From positions 1 to 58,766 of the forward strand of contig JAIMKT010000018.1 in NCBI GenBank assembly GCA_020692245.1: a stretch of 58,766 nucleotides of DNA. The letters are read 5' to 3'. A program made the position numbers and the translations under genes. This document shows, one piece after another, positions 18,976 through 28,106 of the stretch (positions are counted from its first letter, which is position 1; each line of letters starts with the position of its first letter). Origin of the DNA: Microcoleus sp. GA_180221_E-2-1-MAG-45_12 (GTDB taxonomy: Bacteria > Cyanobacteriota > Cyanobacteriia > Cyanobacteriales > JAAUUE01). The notes beneath the pieces were generated by a model. It was not told the DNA's origin, searched no databases, and saw nothing but the letters and a program-made list of their open reading frames with translations.

Positions 18976-20526
18976 ATGGCGCACCGGATTTACACTCCTC
19001 CTACTTGTACTCTCTCCGTAGAAACTACCCATCCTTTTTTGCCCACATTACCTTGGGGATCTCAGGCGGTCAAGGAATTAGAACAAATTTCCCCTGTATC
19101 AAGAATTAGTTTTGTCTTGAGTTTTGATGATCCCCGACAGGCTACGGAGAGTATCACAGTGAGGGGCGATCGCTCCCAGCTCGATCGATTGTCCTTGGCA
19201 GTAAATAGGTATATTCAAGAATTTTTGAGCGAAAAAGAACCCCTAGACAGCATTTCCCTCACCTCGAACGCCACAGGTGGTCGATCGTCTCAACTTGCAG
19301 GAACTCAAACCCTCACACCACAAAAACTCAGACCCCAGAACCCCGGATCGAATTCTACCTCTCCCTACCTGCAACCCCAAGGTTTTTTGAGTCATCGCCT
19401 CTATTTAGGGGAATTACAAGCAAGTAATTTAACTAGTAATTTAATTAGTAATTTAACCTCGATCGAGCTAACTACTACCCAACTATTTGATCTGGCAACG
19501 GCTCTAGATGACTACACCAACGAGATTAATACTGTCGCCCCTAGAAATAACTGGTGGAAAAGTAAATGGTTTGCCAACTGGGGACTGGCTACTGCTGCCA
19601 TGCTCTGCTCTGTGGGTCTGATTTCCTTGGGATTAAAGCTATTACAAAATCATAATGCGGCGGAGTCGATCGCCCCCAACTCCCAAACCCTAGATAATCG
19701 TCCCGCTCCTGCGGATGTCCAAATATTCCCCATCCCCGGAGCTTCCATTCCGCCCCTGCCCACCGCTTCTCCCCTAGGAGCGACTCAAAAGCTGACTATT
19801 CCCAATCCAGTCCAGGCTCCCCCCGGCAGCAGTGTAAATATTCCGCCCCTAGCTCCACCTGCTATCCCTCAAACTGCTGGAAACAATCAAGGCAACCAAA
19901 ATAATCAAGGCAACCTAGGTAATCAAAATAATCAAACATCAGTATTTCCTACTGGTGAAGCTCCCGACTCAACCCTACCCAACTTGGGGAATAGTCCCCG
20001 CTCTGGGGAACCGAATTTCTTGCCAAACTCTGGTCAAGTCTCTGGTCAAACCTCTGGTCAACCATCGCCCCTATCCCTAGCCCCGCCCAACTTACCGAAC
20101 TTGCCAGCCCTGAACCCCGACGAATTTCAGCAGACTCCTGCCCCAGCAACACCACCTTTGAGTTTGGAGAACAATTTGGAAGGTAATGTCGCTCCTAATC
20201 CAGTAGATAAAGAAAATAGTCCAGAGTCAGGAGCTTTGTTTGATCAAATTCCTCAAGTGCCGGAGGTCAGAAAGTATTTTCAATCCCGGTGGCAGCCTTC
20301 GGGAGATTCATCGCCGACTCTAGAGTATAGCTTGGTGCTAAATAGTAACGGCTCGATCGCCCAGATTATTCCCCTTGGACAAGGAGCGCAAAATTATCTC
20401 GATCGTCTAGAGTTTCCCGCTTTGAATACTCCCTTTGTGACTCCCTTCCCCAATGGTGGCAGGGCAAAAATTCGCCTTGTACTGAGTGTCGATGGCAGAG
20501 TCCAAACTTTTCTGGAATCCCCATAA
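18976..20526 (+). CDS. Proline-rich membrane-anchored protein, probably DUF4335 family
   Basis: The N-terminus YTPPTCTLSV resembles DUF4335 proteins as I remember them. It has one central TM helix, a long Pro/Asn/Gln-rich low-complexity linker and a conserved-looking C-terminal domain. Confidence 0.5.
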   Translation: MAHRIYTPPTCTLSVETTHPFLPTLPWGSQAVKELEQISPVSRISFVLSFDDPRQATESITVRGDRSQLDRLSLAVNRYIQEFLSEKEPLDSISLTSNATGGRSSQLAGTQTLTPQKLRPQNPGSNSTSPYLQPQGFLSHRLYLGELQASNLTSNLISNLTSIELTTTQLFDLATALDDYTNEINTVAPRNNWWKSKWFANWGLATAAMLCSVGLISLGLKLLQNHNAAESIAPNSQTLDNRPAPADVQIFPIPGASIPPLPTASPLGATQKLTIPNPVQAPPGSSVNIPPLAPPAIPQTAGNNQGNQNNQGNLGNQNNQTSVFPTGEAPDSTLPNLGNSPRSGEPNFLPNSGQVSGQTSGQPSPLSLAPPNLPNLPALNPDEFQQTPAPATPPLSLENNLEGNVAPNPVDKENSPESGALFDQIPQVPEVRKYFQSRWQPSGDSSPTLEYSLVLNSNGSIAQIIPLGQGAQNYLDRLEFPALNTPFVTPFPNGGRAKIRLVLSVDGRVQTFLESP

Positions 20527-20729
20527 TCAATTTGCGATCGACCCATGCTCAATCTATGATCAACCTAATGATCAAATTGCTCAAATCTCTATCATTAAAT
20601 CCCGGCGACAAGATTACGGAAAACCGCCACTAATTCCGACTTCATTATTTACCTGCCTAGATTACTATTAAATAAGATTCAATCAAGACGATTAACTAAT
20701 ATAGCAAAGTCAGAATTGCTTAGGACAGG

Positions 20730-20749
20730 CAAGGGGCTTAAGCCCCTTG
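20730..20749 (+). terminator. Perfect 20-nt GC-rich palindrome CAAGGGGCTTAAGCCCCTTG (candidate terminator hairpin)
   Basis: It lies in the intergenic region downstream of 18976..20526 and is followed by TTCATCAATTT. The U-tract is weak. Confidence 0.4.
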
Positions 20750-20828
20750 TTCATCAATTTAGTAGTTATCCTAACTATCCCTTTCCTTGCTATAGATAAA
20801 ATCTAATTAACCTTATTTATTTTTAACC

Positions 20829-21149
20829 ATGTCATTCTTTGATTCTGAGATTGTTCAAGAAGAGGCGAAACAGTTATTTCAAGACTACCAATCTTTGATG
20901 CAACTGGGTGGGGACTACGGCAAGTTCGATCGAGAAGGGAAAAAGCTCTTTATCGATCAAATGGAAAGCATCATGGATCGATACAAGATTTTTATGAAAC
21001 GCTTTGAATTATCTGATGATTTCATGGCTCAAATGACCGTCAAGCAACTACAAACTCAGTTGGGGCAGTTTGGAATTACCCCTCAACAGATGTTTGATCA
21101 AATGAATTTGACCCTAGAAAGAATGAAATCTGAGATCGAAAAGCCTTAG
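20829..21149 (+). CDS. Small conserved cyanobacterial protein (DUF1825-like)
   Basis: 106-aa ORF. The blocks MSFFDSEIVQEEAK ... GKFDREGKK ... MKRFELSDDF match my memory of the DUF1825 family. Confidence 0.5.
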   Translation: MSFFDSEIVQEEAKQLFQDYQSLMQLGGDYGKFDREGKKLFIDQMESIMDRYKIFMKRFELSDDFMAQMTVKQLQTQLGQFGITPQQMFDQMNLTLERMKSEIEKP

Positions 21150-21165
21150 TTTTCCAAGAACTATA

Positions 21166-23121
21166 CTAGGGTTGAGCAAAGGAAGTCGCCGGGGGAAAGT
21201 ATTGGACTGGTTCGTCCTTGAGAGCTTCGAGCATGAAACTTCGCCACACTGGAGCCGCATAGGTTCCCCCTGTCACCCCACCCCCAATGGGTGCGTTGTT
21301 GTCATTACCGAGCCATACCGAGGCTGAGAGTTGAGGCACATAACCCACAAACCACACATCCCTTTCTGAGGAAGTTGTCCCAGTTTTTCCCGCTGCCTGC
21401 CGGCCGATCGAAGCTGCACGAGCCGTTCCTTCTGTAATTACTCCCGCCATTACCGCATTGAGAGAAGCCGTTGCCCAAGGATCTAGTAACAGCCGGGGTT
21501 TGGGAGTATTATCTAGCAAAACATTACCGTTGGGATCCGTAACTCTGGCAATCACCGTCGTATCTGAGTGCCAACCATTACTAGCGAAGGTGGCAAACGC
21601 TCCCGCCATTTCTAGGGGAGTCAGACCCACAGAACCCAAAGGCAGAGATAATACAGGTTCCATGGGGCTTTTGATCCCCAGACTCCGGGAAAGCTCAATG
21701 ACTCGATCGAGACCCACATCCTGCCCCATTTTCACCGCCGGAATATTTCGGGACTGGATCAAAGACATCCTCGCACTCATCGCTCCAGCAAAGCCGCCCC
21801 CATAATTCTGAGGTGTGTATACTTCTTGACCATCCCGGAGAGTCAGGGGTTGATCTTGGACGATCGTATCAGGAGTATACCTACCACTGGCAAACCCCAA
21901 GTAATAAACAAAGGGCTTAAAAGCAGAGCCGGGCTGGCGACGGGATTGAATTGCTCGGTTAAATTGACTCTGACCGGGATTGGCACTGCCTACCAGAGCC
22001 TTGACAAAGTGTGTCCGGGGATCTACTGCTGCGAGGGCAACTTGATCCGCATTTACGCCCCGATTATATAGCTGCTCATGCTCCCGTTGGACTACCTGTT
22101 CCGCCATGCGTTGGAAGTTATAATCCACGGTAGTTTGAATCCGCATTCCCCCCTTGAGGACAGTTTCTTCCCCAAAACGTTGATTTAGCTCACTGATCAC
22201 CGCTTCCGTAATAATGGGTAGTTCGCTGGTCTGCCAAGAGGTAATCTTACCTAGGGTTAGGGGTTGTTGGGCGGCAGTTTCGACTTCGCCACTGGTGATC
22301 CAGCCCAACTGTTGCATCCTTTTGAGGACTAATTTCTGCCTTGTTTTCGCTGCCTCCATGTTGGTGAAGGGGCTATACTCCTCTGGAGCTTGGATCATCC
22401 CTGCCATCATCGTGGCTTCGGCGAGGTTGAGATCCTTGGCAGATTTGCCAAAATAGCTCTGGGCAGCGGTCTGCACGCCGTAGGTATTGTGTCCCCAGTA
22501 AACTTGGTTGAGATAAAGCTCTAGAATTTCATCCTTAGAAAAAACCTGCTCCACTCGGACAGCAAGGACAGCTTCGGCTAGTTTCCGGTTAAAGGTGCGC
22601 TCACGGGAGAGAAATAAATTTTTGACTAGCTGCATGGTCAGGGTCGATCCACCTTCTACAACCTCTCCTTCTCGGAAGTTGGCAACAAAAGCTCTGCCCA
22701 AGCTGGTGGGGTTGATGCCTTGGTGTTGATAGAAATGGCTGTCCTCGATCGCCAGTACCGCCCGCTTCAAGTTGGGGGAGATTTGCTCCATCTTCACAAC
22801 TTCTCGGTTTGCTTCCCCGTGGAGACTAGTCAGGGGTTTACCTTTGATATCGTAGATGTGGGTCGTCTGGGGCGGAGTATAGGTTCTTAGGGAGCGAACA
22901 TCGGGCAAATTCCGAAAACTAGTAGCCAAGCCAACTAAGCCCCCCGCTGCTACAGAACTAATAATCATCGTTGTGGCGAGAATAGTCCCGCTAGTGACTT
23001 GGACTATGCCTTGGACATACTCAAAAACTGGCGAGGGGCGCTTTTTCTTTCTTACTCTTGGTTCTCGTTGAATCGTAGTTGATGACACTAAAAATAATCC
23101 TTCTTTAACGCTTAATATCAA
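21166..23121 (-). CDS. Class A penicillin-binding protein (glycosyltransferase GT51 + transpeptidase)
   Basis: GT51 motifs are EDSHFYQHQGI, GGSTLTMQL and RKLAE. Transpeptidase motifs are SAFKP, SRN and KTGTT. The start is uncertain, since the track uses a TTG at 23121. Confidence 0.9.
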   Translation of the reverse strand: MILSVKEGLFLVSSTTIQREPRVRKKKRPSPVFEYVQGIVQVTSGTILATTMIISSVAAGGLVGLATSFRNLPDVRSLRTYTPPQTTHIYDIKGKPLTSLHGEANREVVKMEQISPNLKRAVLAIEDSHFYQHQGINPTSLGRAFVANFREGEVVEGGSTLTMQLVKNLFLSRERTFNRKLAEAVLAVRVEQVFSKDEILELYLNQVYWGHNTYGVQTAAQSYFGKSAKDLNLAEATMMAGMIQAPEEYSPFTNMEAAKTRQKLVLKRMQQLGWITSGEVETAAQQPLTLGKITSWQTSELPIITEAVISELNQRFGEETVLKGGMRIQTTVDYNFQRMAEQVVQREHEQLYNRGVNADQVALAAVDPRTHFVKALVGSANPGQSQFNRAIQSRRQPGSAFKPFVYYLGFASGRYTPDTIVQDQPLTLRDGQEVYTPQNYGGGFAGAMSARMSLIQSRNIPAVKMGQDVGLDRVIELSRSLGIKSPMEPVLSLPLGSVGLTPLEMAGAFATFASNGWHSDTTVIARVTDPNGNVLLDNTPKPRLLLDPWATASLNAVMAGVITEGTARAASIGRQAAGKTGTTSSERDVWFVGYVPQLSASVWLGNDNNAPIGGGVTGGTYAAPVWRSFMLEALKDEPVQYFPPATSFAQP

Positions 23122-23408
23122 TCCGATGACAAGTTTTAGCTTAGTTTTAACTTATCCATTTATATCCGATCTAGAAAAATTGTGGGAAAATTTGACAAGC
23201 TCTAGCACCCTAACCCTATCCTAATACCTCGGAGCAGATATCTTTAGAGACGAGTTGAGGATGGCGTTTTAAAATAGAAACAATAGAGTTTCCAAAATAT
23301 GTTATAAATTTTACAGGGAATCTTCTAAATTGTCTAAGCAGTAGTATTTCGTACTTCTTCAGCTAGATACATCTATCCCTAGATTGGATAACTCCCAATC
23401 CAAGCAAC

Positions 23409-23480
<72 letters not shown>

Positions 23481-23756
23481 TATAGTCCAAATCCAATCAC
23501 AGCAAGTGTTTCCAAGATTAATTTAATTTTGGGCATGATCTTTTTGGCTCAAAATTGGGCTTTTTTGACAACAAATTTGCGTCCTTTCCGCCCTAGGTTT
23601 GCCCTTAGTTTGCCCTTTGTCTACCCACTGCTGCTAAGTGGGAAAACTATACCCTAAAATTAGAGGGTTGGATACTAGGTTTTGAATTACCCAATCGCCT
23701 CTAATTAACTAATCTAACTAATAGTCTCTATTGAGAAAAATCAAATTCAAGTAATT

Positions 23757-24260
23757 TTATGCAGCGACGTATTTACCGCAATCGCTAATAACTACTTTTT
23801 TGGTTGGAGTGCCGCTTCTGGTGCCGACAGCTTCAATCTTTTCTATTACTTCCAGCCCCGAAATTACCTTACCAAAAACTACGTGTTTGCCATCTAACCA
23901 CGGAGTATCAGCAGTACAGATAAAAAACTGCGAGCCGTTAGTATTGGGCCCAGCATTTGCCATGGATAAAGTCCCTAAACCACCATGCTTGAGTTGAAAA
24001 TTCTCATCGGCAAACTTTGCACCGTAGATAGATTTGCCCCCAGTGCCGTTATGGTTCGTAAAATCTCCACCTTGGCACATGAAGCCCGGAATTACACGGT
24101 GAAAGGACGAATCTTTATAGCCATAGCCATTTTCTCCAGTGCAGAGTTGTAAGAAATTTTGTGCAGTTTTTGGGACTACATCTTCGTACAATTCCATCAC
24201 AATCTGCCCAGCGGCTTCATCATTAATTGTAATATCAAAAAAAACTGTAGGGTTAGCCAT
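23757..24260 (-). CDS. Cyclophilin-type peptidyl-prolyl isomerase, eukaryotic CypA-like
   Basis: 167-aa ORF with long identical runs to CypA-type enzymes ([58 protein letters not shown]). Confidence 0.95.
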   Translation of the reverse strand: MANPTVFFDITINDEAAGQIVMELYEDVVPKTAQNFLQLCTGENGYGYKDSSFHRVIPGFMCQGGDFTNHNGTGGKSIYGAKFADENFQLKHGGLGTLSMANAGPNTNGSQFFICTADTPWLDGKHVVFGKVISGLEVIEKIEAVGTRSGTPTKKVVISDCGKYVAA

Positions 24261-24281
24261 TATTTCTCCGTTATGTTGTAT

Positions 24282-24320
24282 TTTTGCAATTTACTTTTGC
24301 AATTTATTTTTGCAGTTTGT
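24282..24320. repeat. 3 x 13-nt tandem repeat (TTTTGCAATTTAC-like) directly upstream of the cyclophilin gene
   Basis: The units are ttttgcaatttac / ttttgcaatttat / ttttgcagtttgt. The array lies between the cyclophilin start (24260) and the stop of the YtxH-like gene (24329). Confidence 0.8.
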
Positions 24321-24328
24321 GTCTGTAA

Positions 24329-24634
24329 TTAATCTGGTTCGGCATTACTGACACTACCATTTACTGAGCCTAGCTGCTGACGGACATCATCAATGGTGGA
24401 ATTGAGTTGAGCAATTTTATCCTCCAGACTCCGGCGCGCGGCTTCGATACCTTCCTCGGCTTTCATCTCTCTGGTTCTGACCCGCAGACGTTTGCCTTTG
24501 GTTTCTTGTCCGGGAGATCCTTCTAGACTAGGAGATCGATCGCCCACCACGATCGCCCCAATGACCCCACCAATTACACCGCCCACGATCGCCCCCAGCA
24601 AAAAACCACCACCAAAATTATCACGTTGAGTCAT
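24329..24634 (-). CDS. YtxH-like small protein (Gly-rich TM segment plus coiled coil)
   Basis: 101-aa ORF with GGFLLGAIVGGVIGGVIGAIV followed by a charged helical tail. Confidence 0.5.
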   Translation of the reverse strand: MTQRDNFGGGFLLGAIVGGVIGGVIGAIVVGDRSPSLEGSPGQETKGKRLRVRTREMKAEEGIEAARRSLEDKIAQLNSTIDDVRQQLGSVNGSVSNAEPD

Positions 24635-24766
24635 AGGAATAACAATAATTAAGTATATGTCCCAATTTTATCAGAAGTCTTAGAGGGGGTTAAGGATAGT
24701 TAAGGATAGTTAATCCAAAATTAATTAATTTGTAATTAGCCAATCTAGAGTTAACCCCATCCAAAA

Positions 24767-26245
24767 CTAAAAGTTCCGATCGACCCAACTGCCGTGTAGC
24801 CCGTAGGGAATGTGATGTTGGAGATGGAGTTTTGCCACAGGATTGCTAAAGTCTTGGGCATCAAGAATTACCACATCGGAGCGATGCCGACTCGCATCAT
24901 AAACCACACTCAAAACCCAACCCTGATCTTCAGCCGTAGCTTGGGGATGGGGAACAAAAACGGGTTCGCTAACAAAGCATCGATCGCCCGCATTCCAAAA
25001 TTGCCTTGTATCTGTGGTCAGGTCTAATTTCAGAATTTGCTGTAAAGGAGCATTCCCGGTAGGTTGCATTCCTGCCCCCATATAGAGATAGCGGTAGGGT
25101 TTGCCCACATTTTGGGGATTGGTTGTCGGAAATTCACAGCATCGGGGTTCGAGGAGGGTGCGATCGACCACACCAGTTTCTAAATCCAAGCAAAATCGCC
25201 ACAACTGTCCCGGATCCAAGCTGGCAAAATCAATCTCCCGAAAATCGCTCCCCGGTTCCACATCAGGAAAAGATTCGTAGCAAATAGAATCCACATAAAT
25301 TTTGCCCCCAGCTTCCCAAGCATTGGCATGATGGAAAACAAATCCGGCTCTGGTTTCTAGGGAGAAGAGCGCAGGGGTTGTGGAGGAATTTTCTGGCTGG
25401 GTTTCCTTACGGGGAATTACTAAAATCTTCGTTGGTTTGGAGGCATCAAAACCCACACATTCGCCAGCACCACGCATACCTAGAACAAAGGGTAGGGGGT
25501 TGAAAGTTACAGGGTTTTGGAAGAAGAGGTAATAATTTTCTGTCACCACGAAATCATGGATAAAGGAAAATCCGGGGACGCTGTGGTTTTGTTTTTGGAG
25601 AAGTTTTCCGGCTCGATCGAACTCATAGATAGTAATTTTGCTAGATAGTCCGGGACTCACGGCAAAGTTAATTAGTCGATCGTCCACAATGCGAGGATGG
25701 GCAGCAAAGGCAGCACCCGGTGCCAAAACTCCATTCAAGTCATCTAGACCCAAGGTTTCTAGAGTCTGGGGATTGAGGCGATGGGGTTGGGCAGCTTCCC
25801 AGAGGGCGAGGAGTCGATCGCCCCAGTAAATAATGTTGGTATTGGCAATGTTCTTTAATTGAAAATCAAAAATATTCGCCAGCCAGCCCCCAGCTTTTTG
25901 AGTTCCAAACACGCCCCGATGGAGGATTTTTCCCGCCGCTTTTTCCGCAACATAGCCCGCAGTTTGCACATAGCGGCTTTTGAGGTGAGCTTTTCCATCT
26001 TTGATGCTCAGGGCGGTGATCATGCCATCGCCATCGAAGGGATGATGAATATTCTGCCCATTGATATCAAGGAGTCCGGGACCATTACGAAAGAGGGTTC
26101 CCTGAAGTTCGGGGGGAATTGTGCCGGTGATTTCGGTGATGGGGTAATCAAATTCTTGGGGTTGGGAGAGGTAGCCCTGTTGCCAATCACTACGGCTGTA
26201 GCTGTTGATGGGAGTAGCTTTTTCTGGAGTAGAGAGACTAGACAT
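24767..26245 (-). CDS. Carotenoid cleavage oxygenase family protein (apocarotenoid oxygenase-like)
   Basis: 492-aa ORF with RPE65/CCO family blocks (FRNGPG, HPFDGDGM, FAAHP, IHDF, FHHANAWE) that include the four iron-ligand His contexts. Confidence 0.9.
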   Translation of the reverse strand: MSSLSTPEKATPINSYSRSDWQQGYLSQPQEFDYPITEITGTIPPELQGTLFRNGPGLLDINGQNIHHPFDGDGMITALSIKDGKAHLKSRYVQTAGYVAEKAAGKILHRGVFGTQKAGGWLANIFDFQLKNIANTNIIYWGDRLLALWEAAQPHRLNPQTLETLGLDDLNGVLAPGAAFAAHPRIVDDRLINFAVSPGLSSKITIYEFDRAGKLLQKQNHSVPGFSFIHDFVVTENYYLFFQNPVTFNPLPFVLGMRGAGECVGFDASKPTKILVIPRKETQPENSSTTPALFSLETRAGFVFHHANAWEAGGKIYVDSICYESFPDVEPGSDFREIDFASLDPGQLWRFCLDLETGVVDRTLLEPRCCEFPTTNPQNVGKPYRYLYMGAGMQPTGNAPLQQILKLDLTTDTRQFWNAGDRCFVSEPVFVPHPQATAEDQGWVLSVVYDASRHRSDVVILDAQDFSNPVAKLHLQHHIPYGLHGSWVDRNF

Positions 26246-26540
26246 AGGGTAGAAAATTCAAGAAGGTTTTTTATATCTTAACAAAACTTTATGAATATTT
26301 ACCAATTTTTAATATCTGGGTTGTCTAGCTCAATCTTTGTCTAGCAGTAATTCTCACTTTAAATCGTAGGTTGGGTTAAACAGAGCAGAAACTGATAAAG
26401 ACTTACCCTGAACAAATTGAGAAATGGAAAATTTTTGACAAAAAATACTTTTGTGCTACAACTTTAGTATATAAAGTATGAAACTATACTGCCTAAATTC
26501 TTAAAATATAAGTTATTTAATACCAAATAGGGGAAAATTC

Positions 26541-27128
26541 ATGAAAACAGAAATAATCGCAATACTGGATCGCAGCGGATCAATGAATTCAATTGTTGAT
26601 GATGCAATTGGAGGATTTAATAGTTTTCTGGAAAGCCAAAAAAATCAAGAAGGTGATGCAAAGATATCGCTCATCTTATTCGATCATGATTATCAATTAA
26701 TTTATCAAGGAGGAAATATCAAAGAAGTTCCGAAACTTGATTCAAATACATTTATACCAAGAGGTAGAACAGCATTGTTAGATGCGATCGGTCGAACAAT
26801 TTATGAGCAACGTGCAAGAATTGAAAGAGAAGCATGGGCAGACCAAGTGATTGTTTGTATACTTACCGACGGAATGGAAAATTCGAGTAAAGAATTCAAA
26901 TCGGATCAAATAAAAAATCTAATAACAAAACTACAGAATGAAAATGAATGGGAATTTATATATTTAGCAGCCAATCAAGATGCATTTGCTGTTGGTAGGC
27001 AATATGGGATTTCTGCAAAAAATACAGCGAATTTCACCGCATCTTCGGTTGGAACACAACAAGCTTTTGAAACAATGAGTGAAGATACAACAATAATTCG
27101 CAAACGTAAGAACCGTGAAAATAATTAA
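26541..27128 (+). CDS. Stand-alone von Willebrand factor A (vWA) domain protein
   Basis: 195-aa ORF with a MIDAS motif DRSGSM, then T in RGRTALLDAIG, then LTDGMEN. The surroundings are AT-rich. Confidence 0.8.
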   Translation: MKTEIIAILDRSGSMNSIVDDAIGGFNSFLESQKNQEGDAKISLILFDHDYQLIYQGGNIKEVPKLDSNTFIPRGRTALLDAIGRTIYEQRARIEREAWADQVIVCILTDGMENSSKEFKSDQIKNLITKLQNENEWEFIYLAANQDAFAVGRQYGISAKNTANFTASSVGTQQAFETMSEDTTIIRKRKNRENN

Positions 27129-27226
27129 GCTCTAACTTGCTGTTGCATCATCCAAATTATTACGCAAAATGTCTAGACCTAACCCTAGAAGAAGTTCAAC
27201 AAGTTGATTTGAAAGAATAACTACAC

Positions 27227-27571
27227 CTAATCTTCTTCAGGTAACAATGTTTCTAAGCTAACTAATAAAGAGGGAATTTCTACGGAAACCACCTGCCAAA
27301 AAATATCAAGATCAATATTTTTGTAGTCATGGACAAGCCGATCGCGAATTCCGGCAATTTCCTGCCAAGGAATCAGAGGATGCTGTAGTCAAAATTCCTG
27401 AGATAATCGTTGTGTTGCCTCACCCATAATAGCGATCGCATACATCACCGCCGCTTGGGTCTTGTCATCCACCTCAAATTCATCTTGAGTCAAATTATCC
27501 ACAAAAGCTAAAGCCTGTCTGCCATAAAAAGTAATATCAATTAGTGATTCTAAATCCCTATTCTTGGGCAT
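27227..27571 (-). pseudogene. hepT: HepT (DUF86) toxin gene interrupted by an in-frame TGA
   Basis: The ORF 27389..27571 ends at a TGA (27389-27391). The same frame continues for 53 more codons and encodes QHPLIPWQEIAGIRDRLVHDY, which contains the HepT Rx4HxY catalytic motif, up to a TAG at 27227-27229. Confidence 0.7.
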
Positions 27572-27890
27572 AAATTATCCTTGCAGTTGAAAGAATATTT
27601 TTCTGCCGTAGCCAATTATGACTTTTTTGAATAGATTTTTTACTAACTAAATCTACCCGTCGCCCCATGATTTTTGCCAACTCTGCTTCAGCCCTAATTA
27701 AATCACCTAAACTCCACAGAACTTGGGGGATTAGTACATACAAAAAATCCACATCGCTACTAGAAGAAAAATCATTTCGTAGCACCGAACCAAACACCGC
27801 CAACTCCTGAATCTGCCAGCGCTGGCAAAACTCTTCTAGAGCAGATATGGGCAGAGTGATCGCTAATTGGGTCAATACTTCCATGCTCAT
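27558..27890 (-). CDS. mntA: MNT-type nucleotidyltransferase antitoxin
   Basis: 110-aa ORF with the nucleotidyltransferase motif FGSVLRNDFSSSSDVDFL. It overlaps the hepT start by 14 nt. Confidence 0.8.
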   Translation of the reverse strand: MSMEVLTQLAITLPISALEEFCQRWQIQELAVFGSVLRNDFSSSSDVDFLYVLIPQVLWSLGDLIRAEAELAKIMGRRVDLVSKKSIQKSHNWLRQKNILSTARIIYAQE

Positions 27891-28106
27891 CTATCCCTCA
27901 AGTATGTAATGATATTAGCCTAAAGCTCTGAAAAAATTGTGAAATAGTTAGGATTGCGATCCACTTCTTTGGCTATTTTAATATGTGTGGAGCAGGAGAA
28001 GAGTCACCGGAGTTTTTGCGGGAGAAGCACTAGGGGAAGATAGAGGCGATCGAGCATCTACAAGATTTTGGCTTAAACTAAGATGGAAGGAAAAAAAAGA
28101 TAAACC

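Noticed and set aside
23481-23756. A direct repeat of the tRNA-Val 3' end, which would mark an integrated element carrying the cyclophilin gene.
   Set aside because: I could not find a second copy of the tRNA 3' segment within the following kilobases, and no integrase is present.
27125-27220. Short frame ending ...YAKCLDLTLEEVQQVDLKE, reminiscent of the C-terminal tails of cyanobacterial Rpn/DUF4351-type proteins (possible gene remnant).
   Set aside because: Only about 30 codons are open. The similarity is a vague memory of a common helical tail, which is insufficient to call a pseudogene.
27389-27391. The in-frame TGA in hepT read as a selenocysteine codon.
   Set aside because: HepT has no known selenoprotein members. 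The position is not a catalytic Cys site in the family, and I see no SECIS-like hairpin immediately downstream. A nonsense mutation or read-through is more parsimonious.
26541-27890. Treating the vWA gene and the MNT/HepT pair as one functional system.
   Set aside because: The genes are on opposite strands in a tail-to-tail arrangement, and MNT-HepT is a self-contained module. Co-location in an islet is the most that can be said.
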